Notes: a model not told the origin generated them from the sequence alone. DNA of 64,000 nt from an uncultured delta proteobacterium (GCA_963846105.1 CAWJUT010000003.1:37752-101751); one strand, 5' to 3'; counted from the first letter of the stretch, positions 14,168 through 24,495 are shown. Translations and numbers: made by a program.

Positions 14168-14895
14168 TCGTGACCGGGCGCGTCGCGCTCGTGACCGGTG
14201 CCGGGCGTCGCATCGGCCGCGCGATCGCCGAGGCGCTGGCGGCACGTGGCGCCCGGGTGGCCGTTCACTACCGGACGTCGCGCACCGAGGCGGAGGACGT
14301 CGTTGCCGCCATACGCGCGCAGGGCGGCGAGGCCGAGAGCTTTGCCGCCGATCTCGCGGATCCCGCGCAGGTCGTCAGTCTGGCGGACACCGTGAGCGCC
14401 CGCATGGGCGCGGTCGACGTCCTGGTCAACAATGCTTCAATCTTCTCCCGCACGCCGCTCACCGACCTCGGCGAGCCGGCGTGGGACCAGCACATGGCCG
14501 TGAATCTGAAGGCGCCCTATCTGCTCGGCCTTCGCCTCGGGCTCGCGATGCAGGCGCGCGGCGCCGGCAAGATCGTCAACATCGGCGACGGCGGCGCCGT
14601 CCCGTCGCGCGACTACCTGGCATACGCCGTCTCCAAGGCCGGGCTGGTGGCGCTCACCGAGGGATTGGCGAAAGTCCTGGCGCCGGCGGTGCAGGTCAAC
14701 TGCGTGGCGCCCGGGCCGATCCTCCCGGCCGCCGGATCGAGCGCGGAGGAACAGGCCGCCATGGTACGCCGTACCCTGGCGCAACGCTTCGGCGCGCCGG
14801 CCGACATCGCCGCCGCGGTAGTATTTCTGATCGAGGGCACCGACTTCACGACCGGGACGACGATCGTCGTCGACGGCGGCCGGGCGCTCGGTTAG
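14164..14895 (+). CDS. SDR oxidoreductase (pteridine reductase/FolM-like)
   Basis: TGAGRRIG, LVNNAS, YAVSK; ATGA overlap with the upstream gene. Confidence 0.88.
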   Translation: MIVTGRVALVTGAGRRIGRAIAEALAARGARVAVHYRTSRTEAEDVVAAIRAQGGEAESFAADLADPAQVVSLADTVSARMGAVDVLVNNASIFSRTPLTDLGEPAWDQHMAVNLKAPYLLGLRLGLAMQARGAGKIVNIGDGGAVPSRDYLAYAVSKAGLVALTEGLAKVLAPAVQVNCVAPGPILPAAGSSAEEQAAMVRRTLAQRFGAPADIAAAVVFLIEGTDFTTGTTIVVDGGRALG

Positions 14896-14898
14896 CGC

Positions 14899-15816
14899 AT
14901 GCGCTACCTGCTCGGTCGTGTGGCGTGGGCGTTGGTGGTTCTGCTCGGGACGAGCTGGGTCACGTTCGCCATCGTCTTCATGGTCCCCGGCGATCCGGCT
15001 CGCGTGGTCGCGGGCCCGCGCGCCGATGCCGCCACGGTCGCCGCCGTGCGCCGCGAGCTCGGTCTCGACCTCCCGGTACACGTCCAGTACGGCCGCTACC
15101 TCGCGCGCCTCGCGCACGGCGACCTCGGACGCTCGTATGCGACGCGCGAGGAGGTGGCGAAGGTGCTCGGGCGTCGCCTGCCGGCGACCGCCGCGCTGGC
15201 GAGCGCCGGCCTCGCGGTCGCGATCGTCATCGGGCTGATCGGCGGTCTCACCACCGCGCCGCTCGCCGGCACGTGGGTCGATCGTGCGGCGCTCGTCGGT
15301 GCGCTGACGCTGCTCTCGGCGCCGGTCTTCTGGCTCGGCATGCTGGCGCTCTACTACGTCGGCTTCCGCTGGCGTCTCTTGCCTCTCGGGGGCGCCGGCG
15401 ACCTCCGTCACCTCGTGCTCCCCGCGCTCGTGCTCGGGATCGGAACCGGCGTGTACTACGCGCGCTTGCTGCACGCCAATCTCGTCACGGTCCTCGGGCT
15501 CGACTACGTGCGCGCCGCGCGCGCCCGCGGTGCCGGCCGCCTGCGCGTCCTCACCGTCCACGCGCTCCGCAACGCCAGCCTGCCGCTCATCACGGTGATC
15601 GGCCTCGACCTCGCGGCGCTGCTGAACGGCGTCGTGCTGACCGAGACCGTCTTCCATTGGCCGGGCATCGGCCGGCTCGCCTTCGACGCCGTGCTCAATC
15701 TCGACGTCCCGGTCATCATGGGCACGGTGCTGCTGAGCGCCACCCTGGTGGTGGCGAGCAACCTCGCCGTCGACATGGTCTACCGGCTCGTCGACCCGCG
15801 CATACGGCTCGGTTGA
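14899..15816 (+). CDS. Peptide/nickel ABC transporter permease (DppB-like)
   Basis: PGDPA, DYVRAARARG EAA loop, TETVFHWPGIG, DPRIR. Confidence 0.92.
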   Translation: MRYLLGRVAWALVVLLGTSWVTFAIVFMVPGDPARVVAGPRADAATVAAVRRELGLDLPVHVQYGRYLARLAHGDLGRSYATREEVAKVLGRRLPATAALASAGLAVAIVIGLIGGLTTAPLAGTWVDRAALVGALTLLSAPVFWLGMLALYYVGFRWRLLPLGGAGDLRHLVLPALVLGIGTGVYYARLLHANLVTVLGLDYVRAARARGAGRLRVLTVHALRNASLPLITVIGLDLAALLNGVVLTETVFHWPGIGRLAFDAVLNLDVPVIMGTVLLSATLVVASNLAVDMVYRLVDPRIRLG

Positions 15817-15817
15817 G

Positions 15818-16636
15818 ATGCGCGGCGGGTCGCGTTCGTTGCTCGTCGTCGGTCTGGTGATGGGCGCCGGGTTGCTCGCCGCGGCGATCGTCGGACCGGT
15901 GCTCGCACCCTACGACCCGGCGGCGTCCGTCGCACCCCAGCTCGCCGAGCCGCAGGCCCCCGGCGCGCCCTTCTATCTCGGCACCGACGACCTCGGCCGC
16001 GACGTCCTGTCGCGGCTCCTCCACGGCGCGCGCATCTCGCTCCTGGTCGGCGTGGTGGCGATGGTGGTGACGATGCTGATCGGCACCACCATCGGTCTCT
16101 GCGCCGGCTATTTCGGCGGCGTCACCGATCTGGTGCTGATGCGCTTCACCGATGTGCTGCTGGCGTTTCCCGGCCTCCTCCTCGCCGTCGCTCTGGTCGC
16201 GGTGCTGCGCCCGAGCGTCTGGACGATCTTCATCGTCATCGGGCTGGTGAGCTGGACCGGCGTGGCGCGCGTCATCCGCAGTGAGGTGCTGGCGCTCCGC
16301 GAGCGGGAGTTCGTGCTCGCGGCGCGCGCCATGGGCGCCGGCCATGGACGGATTCTCCTGCGTCACATCGCGACCAACGCGTTGCCGACGATCGTCGCGA
16401 TCGCCGCGCTCAGCACCTCGGGGACGATCCTGCTCGACGCCGGATTGAGCTTTCTCGGGATCGGCGTTCCACCGCCGACGCCGACCTGGGGGCGCATGAT
16501 CCAGGAGGCGACCAGCTACTATCGGGTGGCGCCGTGGCTGATGCTGTTTCCGGGAGCCGCGGTGCTCTATGCGGTGCTGAGCTTCAACTTCATCGCCTAT
16601 GGTCTCGCCGGGGAGGGGAGAGCACCCGGGGCGTGA
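15818..16636 (+). CDS. Peptide/nickel ABC transporter permease (DppC-like)
   Basis: LGTDDLGRDVLSRLLHGARISL, EFVLAARAMGA, PTWGRMI. Confidence 0.92.
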   Translation: MRGGSRSLLVVGLVMGAGLLAAAIVGPVLAPYDPAASVAPQLAEPQAPGAPFYLGTDDLGRDVLSRLLHGARISLLVGVVAMVVTMLIGTTIGLCAGYFGGVTDLVLMRFTDVLLAFPGLLLAVALVAVLRPSVWTIFIVIGLVSWTGVARVIRSEVLALREREFVLAARAMGAGHGRILLRHIATNALPTIVAIAALSTSGTILLDAGLSFLGIGVPPPTPTWGRMIQEATSYYRVAPWLMLFPGAAVLYAVLSFNFIAYGLAGEGRAPGA

Positions 16637-18243
16637 GGGCCGGAGGGCGGTACCGATGCACGGTCGTGGTCTTGACGCTGGTCGGCTCGCTGCTCGGCTG
16701 CCGGCGCGACGCCCTCGAATGGCCGCCGCGAGCGCCGGGCGAGCGCCGCGGCGGGGTGCTGCGGCTCTCCGCCGCGGACGACGTCCCGACCCTCGATCCG
16801 GCAATCGGCTACGATACGCGCTCGTGGTTCTTCGAGCAGCACCTCTTCGAGACCCTGGTGACGTACGACGACGCGAGCGCGCTCGTTCCCGGTCTCGCCG
16901 AGCGCTGGGAGATCTCGCCTGACGGCCGGCGCTATCGTTTTCATCTCATCGCGGGCGCGGTCTTCTCCGACGGCACGCCGCTCACGTCGGCGGACGCCGT
17001 CTTCAGCCTCGAGCGGGTGCTCGATCCGCGCACGCGCTCGCAAGGGGCCGAGTACTTCCGCGATGTCCACGGCGCCCGGGCGTTCTCGGCCGGCGAGGCG
17101 CCGCACGTCGCCGGCCTGCGCGCCCCCGACCCACGCACGCTCGAGATCGACCTCGACGCCCCCGATCCGCTCTTTCTCCACAAGCTCGCGCTGCAGTTCG
17201 CGGCGGTCGTGCCGCAAGCAGTGGCGCGGCGACTCGGCGACGATTTCACCAGCCAACCGATCGGCAGCGGTCCCTTCGTGCTACGGGAGTGGCGCCGGGG
17301 TGAGCGCATCGTGCTGGCGCGCAACCCCCGCTATCGCAAGCCCGGGCTTCCCCATCTCGATGGCGTCGTGCAGCAGATCGGTGTCAATCAGCAGCTCCAA
17401 TGGCTGATGTTCGAAAGCGGCGAGCTGGACGTCGCCGCGATCCCACCGGCGGACTTCCCGGCGGTGATGCGCGACCAGACGCGCGCCGATCAGATCATCC
17501 GCGCCACCGCGCTCGAGATCCAGTACGTGGGCCTCAATTGCCAGATGCCGCCGCTCGACGATCGGCGTGTCCGGCAGGCGCTCAACTACGCCGTCAACAA
17601 AGCCGACGTTCTCGCGCTTCTGAACAACCGCGGCGTCGTCGCGCGCGGCTTCGTCCCACCCACCATGCCCGGCTACCGCAACGACCTCGAGGGATACGCC
17701 TACGATCCGGCGCGCGCACGCGCGCTGCTCGCAGAGGCCGGCCTGGCGCGCGGTTTCACCACCGAGCTCTGGACGCAGGGATCGGACACCGACGTCAAGA
17801 TCGCGCAGAAGCTGCAGCAGGATTTCGGCGCCGTCGGCGTGCGGCTCGACATCAAGCTCGTGGCGTGGAGCTCGTTCCTCGACGCCATCCGCCAACCGCG
17901 TACGGTGCCGGTCTTCGATCTCGGTTGGTCGGCGGACTTCCCCGACCCCAGCAACTTCCTCGACGTGCTCTTCCATTCGAGCCGCTGGGACGCCAACAAC
18001 CATAGCTTCTATGGCAATCCCGCCGTCGATGCCCTGTTCGATCGCGCGCGCGTGCTGCTCGATGCCAACGCGCGTATGGGCCTCTATGCGGAAGCCGAGC
18101 GCCTGATCGTCGCCGACGCGCCCGTCATTCCGCTCTACCACCCGACCACGTACGTGATCCGTCACCCGCGCGTTCATGGATACGCGATCCATCCGCTGCT
18201 GCCGGCGCGCGTGACCGAAGTGTGGCTCGACCCGGAGCCGTGA
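16633..18243 (+). CDS. ABC transporter substrate-binding lipoprotein, family 5 (DppA/OppA-like)
   Basis: Lipobox-like LLGC, PGLAERWEIS, PIGSGPF, VRQALNYAVN, WSADFPDP. Confidence 0.92.
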   Translation: MRAGGRYRCTVVVLTLVGSLLGCRRDALEWPPRAPGERRGGVLRLSAADDVPTLDPAIGYDTRSWFFEQHLFETLVTYDDASALVPGLAERWEISPDGRRYRFHLIAGAVFSDGTPLTSADAVFSLERVLDPRTRSQGAEYFRDVHGARAFSAGEAPHVAGLRAPDPRTLEIDLDAPDPLFLHKLALQFAAVVPQAVARRLGDDFTSQPIGSGPFVLREWRRGERIVLARNPRYRKPGLPHLDGVVQQIGVNQQLQWLMFESGELDVAAIPPADFPAVMRDQTRADQIIRATALEIQYVGLNCQMPPLDDRRVRQALNYAVNKADVLALLNNRGVVARGFVPPTMPGYRNDLEGYAYDPARARALLAEAGLARGFTTELWTQGSDTDVKIAQKLQQDFGAVGVRLDIKLVAWSSFLDAIRQPRTVPVFDLGWSADFPDPSNFLDVLFHSSRWDANNHSFYGNPAVDALFDRARVLLDANARMGLYAEAERLIVADAPVIPLYHPTTYVIRHPRVHGYAIHPLLPARVTEVWLDPEP

Positions 18244-18289
18244 GTACGGCCCGGACGCGGGCGCGCGAGGCCCGCCGCGCTCGCGTGTG

Positions 18290-19042
18290 CTAGGGCGTGA
18301 GCGCCGGAACGTAGTCGGTCCGGCAGGGTGGGCCGTCGGCGAACCAGTGCTGCCAGTGTCCGTCCGCGTGCAGGAAGAGCAACGACGAGCAGCGCGTCCC
18401 GAACCCGTCGGCGTGCACGCAGAGCGCGCCGAGGGCATCCGGAAGGCGGGGATCGAGGGCGGTCGTGTGGTCGGCGAGAATCGCACGCAGGTCGGCGCGA
18501 AACCGATCCGCGGCGCGGCTCGTACGGAACGTGGCCCCCGCCGCCGCGAACAGCGCATGCGAGCGAGCGATCTTCGGGCAGGTCGGGTCGTTCACGTCGA
18601 GATTGGTGAGCAGGTGCAACCCCGGATCGAGCGCCATGACGTGCATGCCGTCTGGTTGGTTCTGGGCGACGAAGGCGTGGGTACGGTCGGCGACCAGCAG
18701 ATTGAAGGCGTTGTACCCGGCGGCGTCGACGGCGGCGAGCTGGTGCGCGGCCGCCGCGGCGGTCTCGTTCGCCAGCGCCTCGAGCAGCAGCAGGCCGCGC
18801 GAGCGCCGGGTCGCAACCGGCGCTTCGGTGGTGCGGCGGTTCAAGAGGCCGGCGGCGACGCCGCGCTCGGAGATGCCGAGCCACGTGCCTCCGGCGCGCA
18901 GGTCATGACCGCCGACCACGCGCGGCTGCTCGCGCAGAAGGATCGGCGGGCTCGCCGGACGGTCGAGAAACTCGTCGCGGTTGGCGGCGACGACGATCGG
19001 AACGTCGGCGAGGAGTCCCACGTAGATCGCCAGCGTGCACAC
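18290..19042 (-). CDS. NRDE/TANGO2-family protein
   Basis: N-terminal (M)CTL, ANRDEFLDRP, DLRAGGTWLG, SRGLL, FGTRCSS. Confidence 0.9.
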   Translation of the reverse strand: MCTLAIYVGLLADVPIVVAANRDEFLDRPASPPILLREQPRVVGGHDLRAGGTWLGISERGVAAGLLNRRTTEAPVATRRSRGLLLLEALANETAAAAAHQLAAVDAAGYNAFNLLVADRTHAFVAQNQPDGMHVMALDPGLHLLTNLDVNDPTCPKIARSHALFAAAGATFRTSRAADRFRADLRAILADHTTALDPRLPDALGALCVHADGFGTRCSSLLFLHADGHWQHWFADGPPCRTDYVPALTP

Positions 19043-19117
19043 GCCCGAGCAGTATATACAGATTCGGATTCGACGGAATTGTGTCGAGGCACCCTGCGTG
19101 GTAGCGTCCGACGCTCG

Positions 19118-20077
19118 ATGTTTCGATCGATCGAAGACGTCGTCGAGCGGTTCGCCGAGCAGCAATACATCTGCAACCGTACGATCGCCACGGTCGTCTA
19201 TCTCGCGAGCCGTCTCCAGAAGCCCATCCTGGTCGAGGGGCCGGCCGGCGTCGGCAAGACCGAGCTCGCCAAGGTGTTGGCGGGGGCGCTCAAGCACGAG
19301 CTGATCCGGCTCCAGTGCTACGAGGGGCTGGACGAGGCGAAGGCGCTCTACGAATGGGAGTACGCCAAGCAGCTCCTCTACACGCAGATCCTCAAGGACA
19401 AGATCGGCGAGGTGATCGAGGGGACGGGCAGCTTGAAGGAAGCGGTCGACCGCATCACCAAGCAGGACGACGTCTTCTTCTCCGAGCGTTTCATCCTGCC
19501 CCGGCCGCTTCTGCGGGCCATCTCCGCGCCCGATCCGTGCGTGCTGCTGATCGACGAGATCGACAAGGCCGACACCGAGTTCGAAGCGTTTCTGCTCGAG
19601 GTGCTCTCCGATTTCCAGGTGAGCGTGCCCGAGCTCGGTACGCTCAAGGCGCGCCACATTCCGCTGGTCATCCTCACCAGCAACAACGCCCGCGAGATGT
19701 CGGACGCGCTCAAGCGACGATGCTTGCACCTCTACATCGATTTTCCCGACCGCGAGCAGGAGCGCGCCATCATCTTGCTGAAGGCGCCGGGCGTGAGCGC
19801 CCGGCTCGCCGACGAGCTGACGGGTGCGGTGCAGGCGATCCGCAAGCTCGACCTCAAGAAGGTGCCGAGCATCAGCGAGACCCTCGACTGGGCGAAGGCG
19901 CTGACCCTGCTCAACATCGACACCCTCGATGGCACGCTCGTCGACGAGACGCTCAGCACGATCCTCAAGTACGAGGGCGACATCCGCAAGGCGCAGCAAG
20001 AGCTGAAGGAGTACGTCGCCCGCCAGAAGGCGAAAGCAGCCCAGCCCGGGAGCGAGCAGAAGGACGTCCTGCACTAG
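19118..20077 (+). CDS. MoxR-family AAA+ ATPase (CoxD-like)
   Basis: EGPAGVGKT, RLQCYEGLDEAKALYEWEY, LLIDEIDK, SDALKRRCL. Confidence 0.93.
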   Translation: MFRSIEDVVERFAEQQYICNRTIATVVYLASRLQKPILVEGPAGVGKTELAKVLAGALKHELIRLQCYEGLDEAKALYEWEYAKQLLYTQILKDKIGEVIEGTGSLKEAVDRITKQDDVFFSERFILPRPLLRAISAPDPCVLLIDEIDKADTEFEAFLLEVLSDFQVSVPELGTLKARHIPLVILTSNNAREMSDALKRRCLHLYIDFPDREQERAIILLKAPGVSARLADELTGAVQAIRKLDLKKVPSISETLDWAKALTLLNIDTLDGTLVDETLSTILKYEGDIRKAQQELKEYVARQKAKAAQPGSEQKDVLH

Positions 20078-20116
20078 CGCGCCCGCGCTGGTGAGCGCCA
20101 GGCCCAGGCTTCGGTC

Positions 20117-21529
20117 GTGGACACCAAGATCATCGAGTTCGCCGCGCTCCTGCGCCAGAACGGCATCCGGGTGTCGCTGGCCGAGAGCATGGACACGTTT
20201 CAGGCGCTCGATCTGGTGGGATTGCGCTCGCGCGCCGTCGTGAAGGACGCGCTGCGCGCGACACTCGTCAAGCGCGCCGTCGATCTTCCCAGCTACGATA
20301 CGCTCTTCGATCTGTACTTCTCCGGCATCGGCGAGATCGTGAAGCGCAGCGAGACCGCCTCGATGGATGCCATGGGCATGACCGCTGAGGAGTTCCAGCG
20401 CCTGCTCGACGATCTCGCCGACATGATGCGCGAGCAGGGGATCGAGCCCTCCGAGCTGGCGCGCGCGCTGCTCGCGCAGGATTCCGGAACCCTCGAGCGC
20501 CTGCTGCGCGAGGCGGCGCAACGCACGCGGCTCGACCGCATCGAGCGCGCCTTCCAGGAAGGTCAGTTCGGGCAGGGGATGCAGCAAGCGCTCGGGGTCG
20601 GCGACGTGGCGCGGGAGCTGCAGGGGATCCGCGAGGCGATCCTCGGGGCAGGGGAGGGCGACCCTCGCCGGCAGCAGGCGGCGCGCTTCATCGACCGGCG
20701 TCTCCAGGAGCTCCAGGAGATGATCCGCCGCTACGTACGCGGCGAGCTGGAAAAGCGCGATGTCACCCAGCGCGACGCCGCCCGCATGCAGGCGCTCGCC
20801 GAGAAGAGCTTCTACTACCTGTCCGAGGACGAGGTCCGCCGCATGAAGGACGCGGTGACGAAGCTCGCCCAACGCCTGAAGAACGTGCTGGCCGTCCGGC
20901 GCCGCCACAAGCGGCGCGGCAAGTTCGACGTGAAGGATACACTCAGGAAGAATCTCCAATACGGCGGCATACCCTTCAAGATCCAGTTCGACGCCCGCAA
21001 ACGGGTGAAGCCGCAAGTCGTGGTGCTGTGCGACGTTTCGGATTCGGTCCGCAACGTCTCACGCTTCATGCTGCAATTCGTGTACTCGCTCCAGGATCTC
21101 TACTCGAAGGTGCGCTCGTTCATCTTCGTGAGCGAGGTCGGCGAGATCACGCGGCTGTTCGAGGAGAACGAGATCCACCAGGCGATCGACCAGGCGATCC
21201 GGGGCAACGTCATCAACGTCTACGCGCACTCGGATTTCGGACGCGCTTTCCGCCTGTTCCATCGCGACCATCTGGCGGCGATCACGCGTCATACCACCGT
21301 CATCGTGCTCGGCGACGCGCGCAACAACTACAATCTCCCGCACGAGTGGGTGCTGCGGGAGATTCGCCAGCGCGCCAAGCAGCTCATCTGGCTGAATCCG
21401 GAAAACCGCATGACCTGGGGTTTCGGCGACAGCGAGATGGATCGCTATCTGCCGTTCTGCGACATCGTCGAAGAGTGTCGCAACTTGAATCAACTCTACA
21501 AGGTGATCGACCGATTGGTGCTCGTGTGA
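20117..21529 (+). CDS. VWA domain protein (CoxE-like)
   Basis: MIDAS-like CDVSDSV, VLGDARNNY, WLNPE; follows the MoxR ATPase. Confidence 0.9.
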   Translation: MDTKIIEFAALLRQNGIRVSLAESMDTFQALDLVGLRSRAVVKDALRATLVKRAVDLPSYDTLFDLYFSGIGEIVKRSETASMDAMGMTAEEFQRLLDDLADMMREQGIEPSELARALLAQDSGTLERLLREAAQRTRLDRIERAFQEGQFGQGMQQALGVGDVARELQGIREAILGAGEGDPRRQQAARFIDRRLQELQEMIRRYVRGELEKRDVTQRDAARMQALAEKSFYYLSEDEVRRMKDAVTKLAQRLKNVLAVRRRHKRRGKFDVKDTLRKNLQYGGIPFKIQFDARKRVKPQVVVLCDVSDSVRNVSRFMLQFVYSLQDLYSKVRSFIFVSEVGEITRLFEENEIHQAIDQAIRGNVINVYAHSDFGRAFRLFHRDHLAAITRHTTVIVLGDARNNYNLPHEWVLREIRQRAKQLIWLNPENRMTWGFGDSEMDRYLPFCDIVEECRNLNQLYKVIDRLVLV

Positions 21530-21611
21530 GCGCTGCGACGCGTGTCGCGGGCGTTCGGGGATTGACCTCTCACATCCTTAGTGCAACGATGCCCGACAAC
21601 CGGAGCGTGGG

Positions 21612-22127
21612 ATGAGCGGCGACAACTTCATTCGAATGACCGTCGGCGGTCTCACCCTCGATCCAGTGACGAAGACACCGATCGTCATCCTCAAGGATCC
21701 CGACAACAAGCTGAATCTGCCCATCTGGATCGGTCTTCTCGAAGCCACCGCCATGGCGACGGAGCTCGAGGGGATCAAGATGGCGCGCCCGATGACGCAC
21801 GACCTCCTGAAGCGCATCATCACCGACCTCGGCGCCACCGTAGAGCGCGTCGAGGTCACGGATCTGAAGGACAACACCTACTTCGCCCTCATCTATCTTC
21901 AGGTCGGTGATCAGGAAGTCACCATCGATTCGCGTCCGAGCGATGCGATCTCGCTCGCGCTTCGCACCAAGAGTCCGATCTGGGTCGCCAAGAAGGTCCT
22001 CGAAGCCTCGAGCGTGCTGCAACAGATGGAGGAGGGGAAGGAGCAGAACCTCTCCAACGTCTCGCGCGACAAGTGGGCCGAGATCCTCGAGAAGATGGCG
22101 CCGGAAGACTTCAAATACAAAATGTGA
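21612..22127 (+). CDS. Bifunctional nuclease (DUF151) family protein
   Basis: LPIWIGLLEA, RPMTHDLL, IDSRPSDAISLALR. Confidence 0.92.
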   Translation: MSGDNFIRMTVGGLTLDPVTKTPIVILKDPDNKLNLPIWIGLLEATAMATELEGIKMARPMTHDLLKRIITDLGATVERVEVTDLKDNTYFALIYLQVGDQEVTIDSRPSDAISLALRTKSPIWVAKKVLEASSVLQQMEEGKEQNLSNVSRDKWAEILEKMAPEDFKYKM

Positions 22128-22198
22128 GGTCGCACCGACCGACCTCGATCGCGCGCCCGCCTTCGAACCCCAGCCCGGCGCGCTGACACCGGAGACCC

Positions 22199-22966
22199 GT
22201 GGCCCGTACCGAGCGAATCCGACGCAAGGATCTGCGTCAGCCCGATGAGTTCCTGAGCTGGAGCCGCCGCGCCGTCACCTGGGCCGAGGCGAACCGGACG
22301 ACGGTTATGCTCGTGACCGGCGCGCTGGTGGTGCTCCTGGTAGCCGTGCTCGCCTATCGGGCGATTCGTGCCAGCCAGGAGACGCGGGCGGCCGAGGCGT
22401 ATCGCCGCGCGCACGCGCTGCTCGACGACCGCAAGTATCCGGAGGCGGCCACCGCCTTCCAGGAGACCGCCAACGCCAACCGCAGCACGAGCTACGGGAT
22501 CCTCGCGCAGCTCCAGGCGGCGAACGCGCTGCTGCTCGGCGATCGCGGCGGCGAGGCCGCTCTGGCGTACCAGCGCTTCCTCGATGCCGGTGCGCCCACC
22601 GACTATCTGCGCCAGCTGGCGCTCGTGCGCCTCGGGCACGCGCAGGAGAAGAACGAGAAGCTGCAGGAAGCCCAGGCCGCCTACGTCGCGGCCGCGGAGC
22701 TCGCCGGCCCCTTTGCCGAGGAGGCCCTGGCCGGTGAGGCGAGAGTGGCGGAGCAGGGCGGCGACACCGGAAAGGCGAAGGAGCTCTACAGCCGGTTTCT
22801 CACGAAGTACCCGGAGTCCGAGCGTCGTGCGCTCGTGAGCGCGCGGCTGATCGCGCTCGGCGGTACGCTCCCGAGCCCTGAGGCCGGGACGGCGGGCGCC
22901 AGCGCCGGTGACACCGCCGCGGACGTCGAAGCGCCCGAAGCTGACGCGGCCGCCGAAGCCGAGTAG
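22199..22966 (+). CDS. Membrane-anchored TPR protein (YfgM-like)
   Basis: RKDLRQPDEF, a single TM helix, then TPR-like helical repeats. Confidence 0.75.
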   Translation: MARTERIRRKDLRQPDEFLSWSRRAVTWAEANRTTVMLVTGALVVLLVAVLAYRAIRASQETRAAEAYRRAHALLDDRKYPEAATAFQETANANRSTSYGILAQLQAANALLLGDRGGEAALAYQRFLDAGAPTDYLRQLALVRLGHAQEKNEKLQEAQAAYVAAAELAGPFAEEALAGEARVAEQGGDTGKAKELYSRFLTKYPESERRALVSARLIALGGTLPSPEAGTAGASAGDTAADVEAPEADAAAEAE

Positions 22967-23158
22967 GAATCGGCTCACGAGACGGCATGTGGCGTCGAGC
23001 TGGCGGAGCCCTGAGACGTCGGCTTTCGCGCCGTGATCCTCGCGGCACTGGCGCTCTACGTGTGCGCGGCGTTCTCGCTCAGAAGCGCGGAGAAGCGCTT
23101 GTCATAGCGATTCCTTCCGTGTAGCCGACACACGGCACCCCGACGAGCGTGACGATCG

Positions 23159-24389
23159 ATGTCGACGAACCCAGGACCCACCGAGGACACGAGCTGGCGG
23201 AGTGACCCGTGGTTGGGCGTCAACCCGCTCGATCCTGCGTTTCGCGCGAATCCCTATCCGTTCCTGAAGCGCCTGCGCGATCACGATCCCGTCAACGAGA
23301 CGCCGATCGGCCTCTTTCGCCTGACGCGCTACGACGACGTCATTCGCATGGTGAAGGAGGTGCCGTCGGGCGTTCGTATGGCCGACGGCAACCGTATTCG
23401 GGGCCGTCCCACTCACGGGCGGTCCCGGAGAGTTCATCCTCCAGCAGGATCCACCCGACCACGCACGGCTACGCCGGCTGATGAACCAGGCGTTCACGCC
23501 ACGCGCCATCGAACGGTTGCGGCCGCGGGTCCGCACGCTGGTGGACGAGCTGCTCGATCGCGTCGCCGAGCGCCGCGAAATGGACGTCATCGCCGACCTC
23601 GCGCTGCCGGTGCCGTCGACCCTGATCTGCGAGCTCATGGGAGTGCCGGTCGGCGATCGCGACAGGTTCACCGACTGGACGGCCGCCGCCACGCATCTCC
23701 TGGCCGCCGCGATCGCTCCGGCCGAGGTCCTCGATCGCGGGATCGCCGCCGCAACCGCGCTCGGGAACTACTTCACGGCGTTGATCACGGAGCGCCGCAC
23801 GCACCTCACCGACGACTTGCTGAGCGGACTGATTCGCGCCGAGGAAGCCGGTGATCGCCTGAGCCCGACCGAGCTGATCTCGCAATCCATCGGCTTGCTG
23901 ATCGCGGGCTTCGAAACGACGATCGGCCTCATCGGCAACGGGGTGCTGGCCTTCATCCGCAACCCGGCGCAGCTCGAAAAGCTCCGCTCCAATCCCGATC
24001 TCATCGAGAGCGCCATCGAGGAATGCCTCCGTTTCGACGGTCCGATCCTGCTGACCATCCGCGTCACCCGCGAGGAGACCCGTTTCGGCGACCGCGTCAT
24101 CCCGCGAGATCGACCGGTGATGTGCATGCTGGCCGGCGCCAACCACGATCCGACGCACTTTCCCGATCCCGACCGCTTCGACATCGCACGCGCCGACAAC
24201 GATCACCTCGCTTTCGGCGGCGGCGCGCACTTCTGTCTGGGAGCCCACCTGGCACGCCTGGAGGCGCAGGAAGCGATTGCAGGCCTGGTGCAGCGCTTCG
24301 AACTCGAGCTGGTGAGCGACGATCTCGAGTGGGGCCGTTCGTTGTTCCGCGTCCTCGGTCGCTTGCCGGTCCGCCTGCGGCCGCTGTAA
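23159..24389 (+). CDS. Cytochrome P450 (one frameshift near 23410)
   Basis: FRANPYP, LIAGFETT, EECLR, HLAFGGGAHFCLG heme motif. Confidence 0.93.
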
Positions 24390-24467
24390 CGGCGCCGGAA
24401 GCCTCAACAGCTCCATTTCATGGCAGTATCGAGACAGCTCCGCGGCCAGGCAGGCCCGGATACCGTA

Positions 24468-24495
24468 ACGTCCGATAAGCAGGATTATGTCAACT
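24468..24495 (+). other. dif: dif site (XerC/XerD chromosome dimer resolution site)
   Basis: ACGTCCGATAA-GCAGGA-TTATGTCAACT: 11-6-11 architecture, inner ATAA/TTAT dyad, XerD arm resembling TTATGTTAAAT; between convergent genes; KOPS polarity switch. Confidence 0.85.

Noticed and set aside
18287-21016. Long ORFs 18287-20077 (+) and 18290-21016 (-) as fusion proteins
   Set aside because: Their extensions are antisense shadows of the NRDE and MoxR/VWA genes; true starts are 19118 and 19042.
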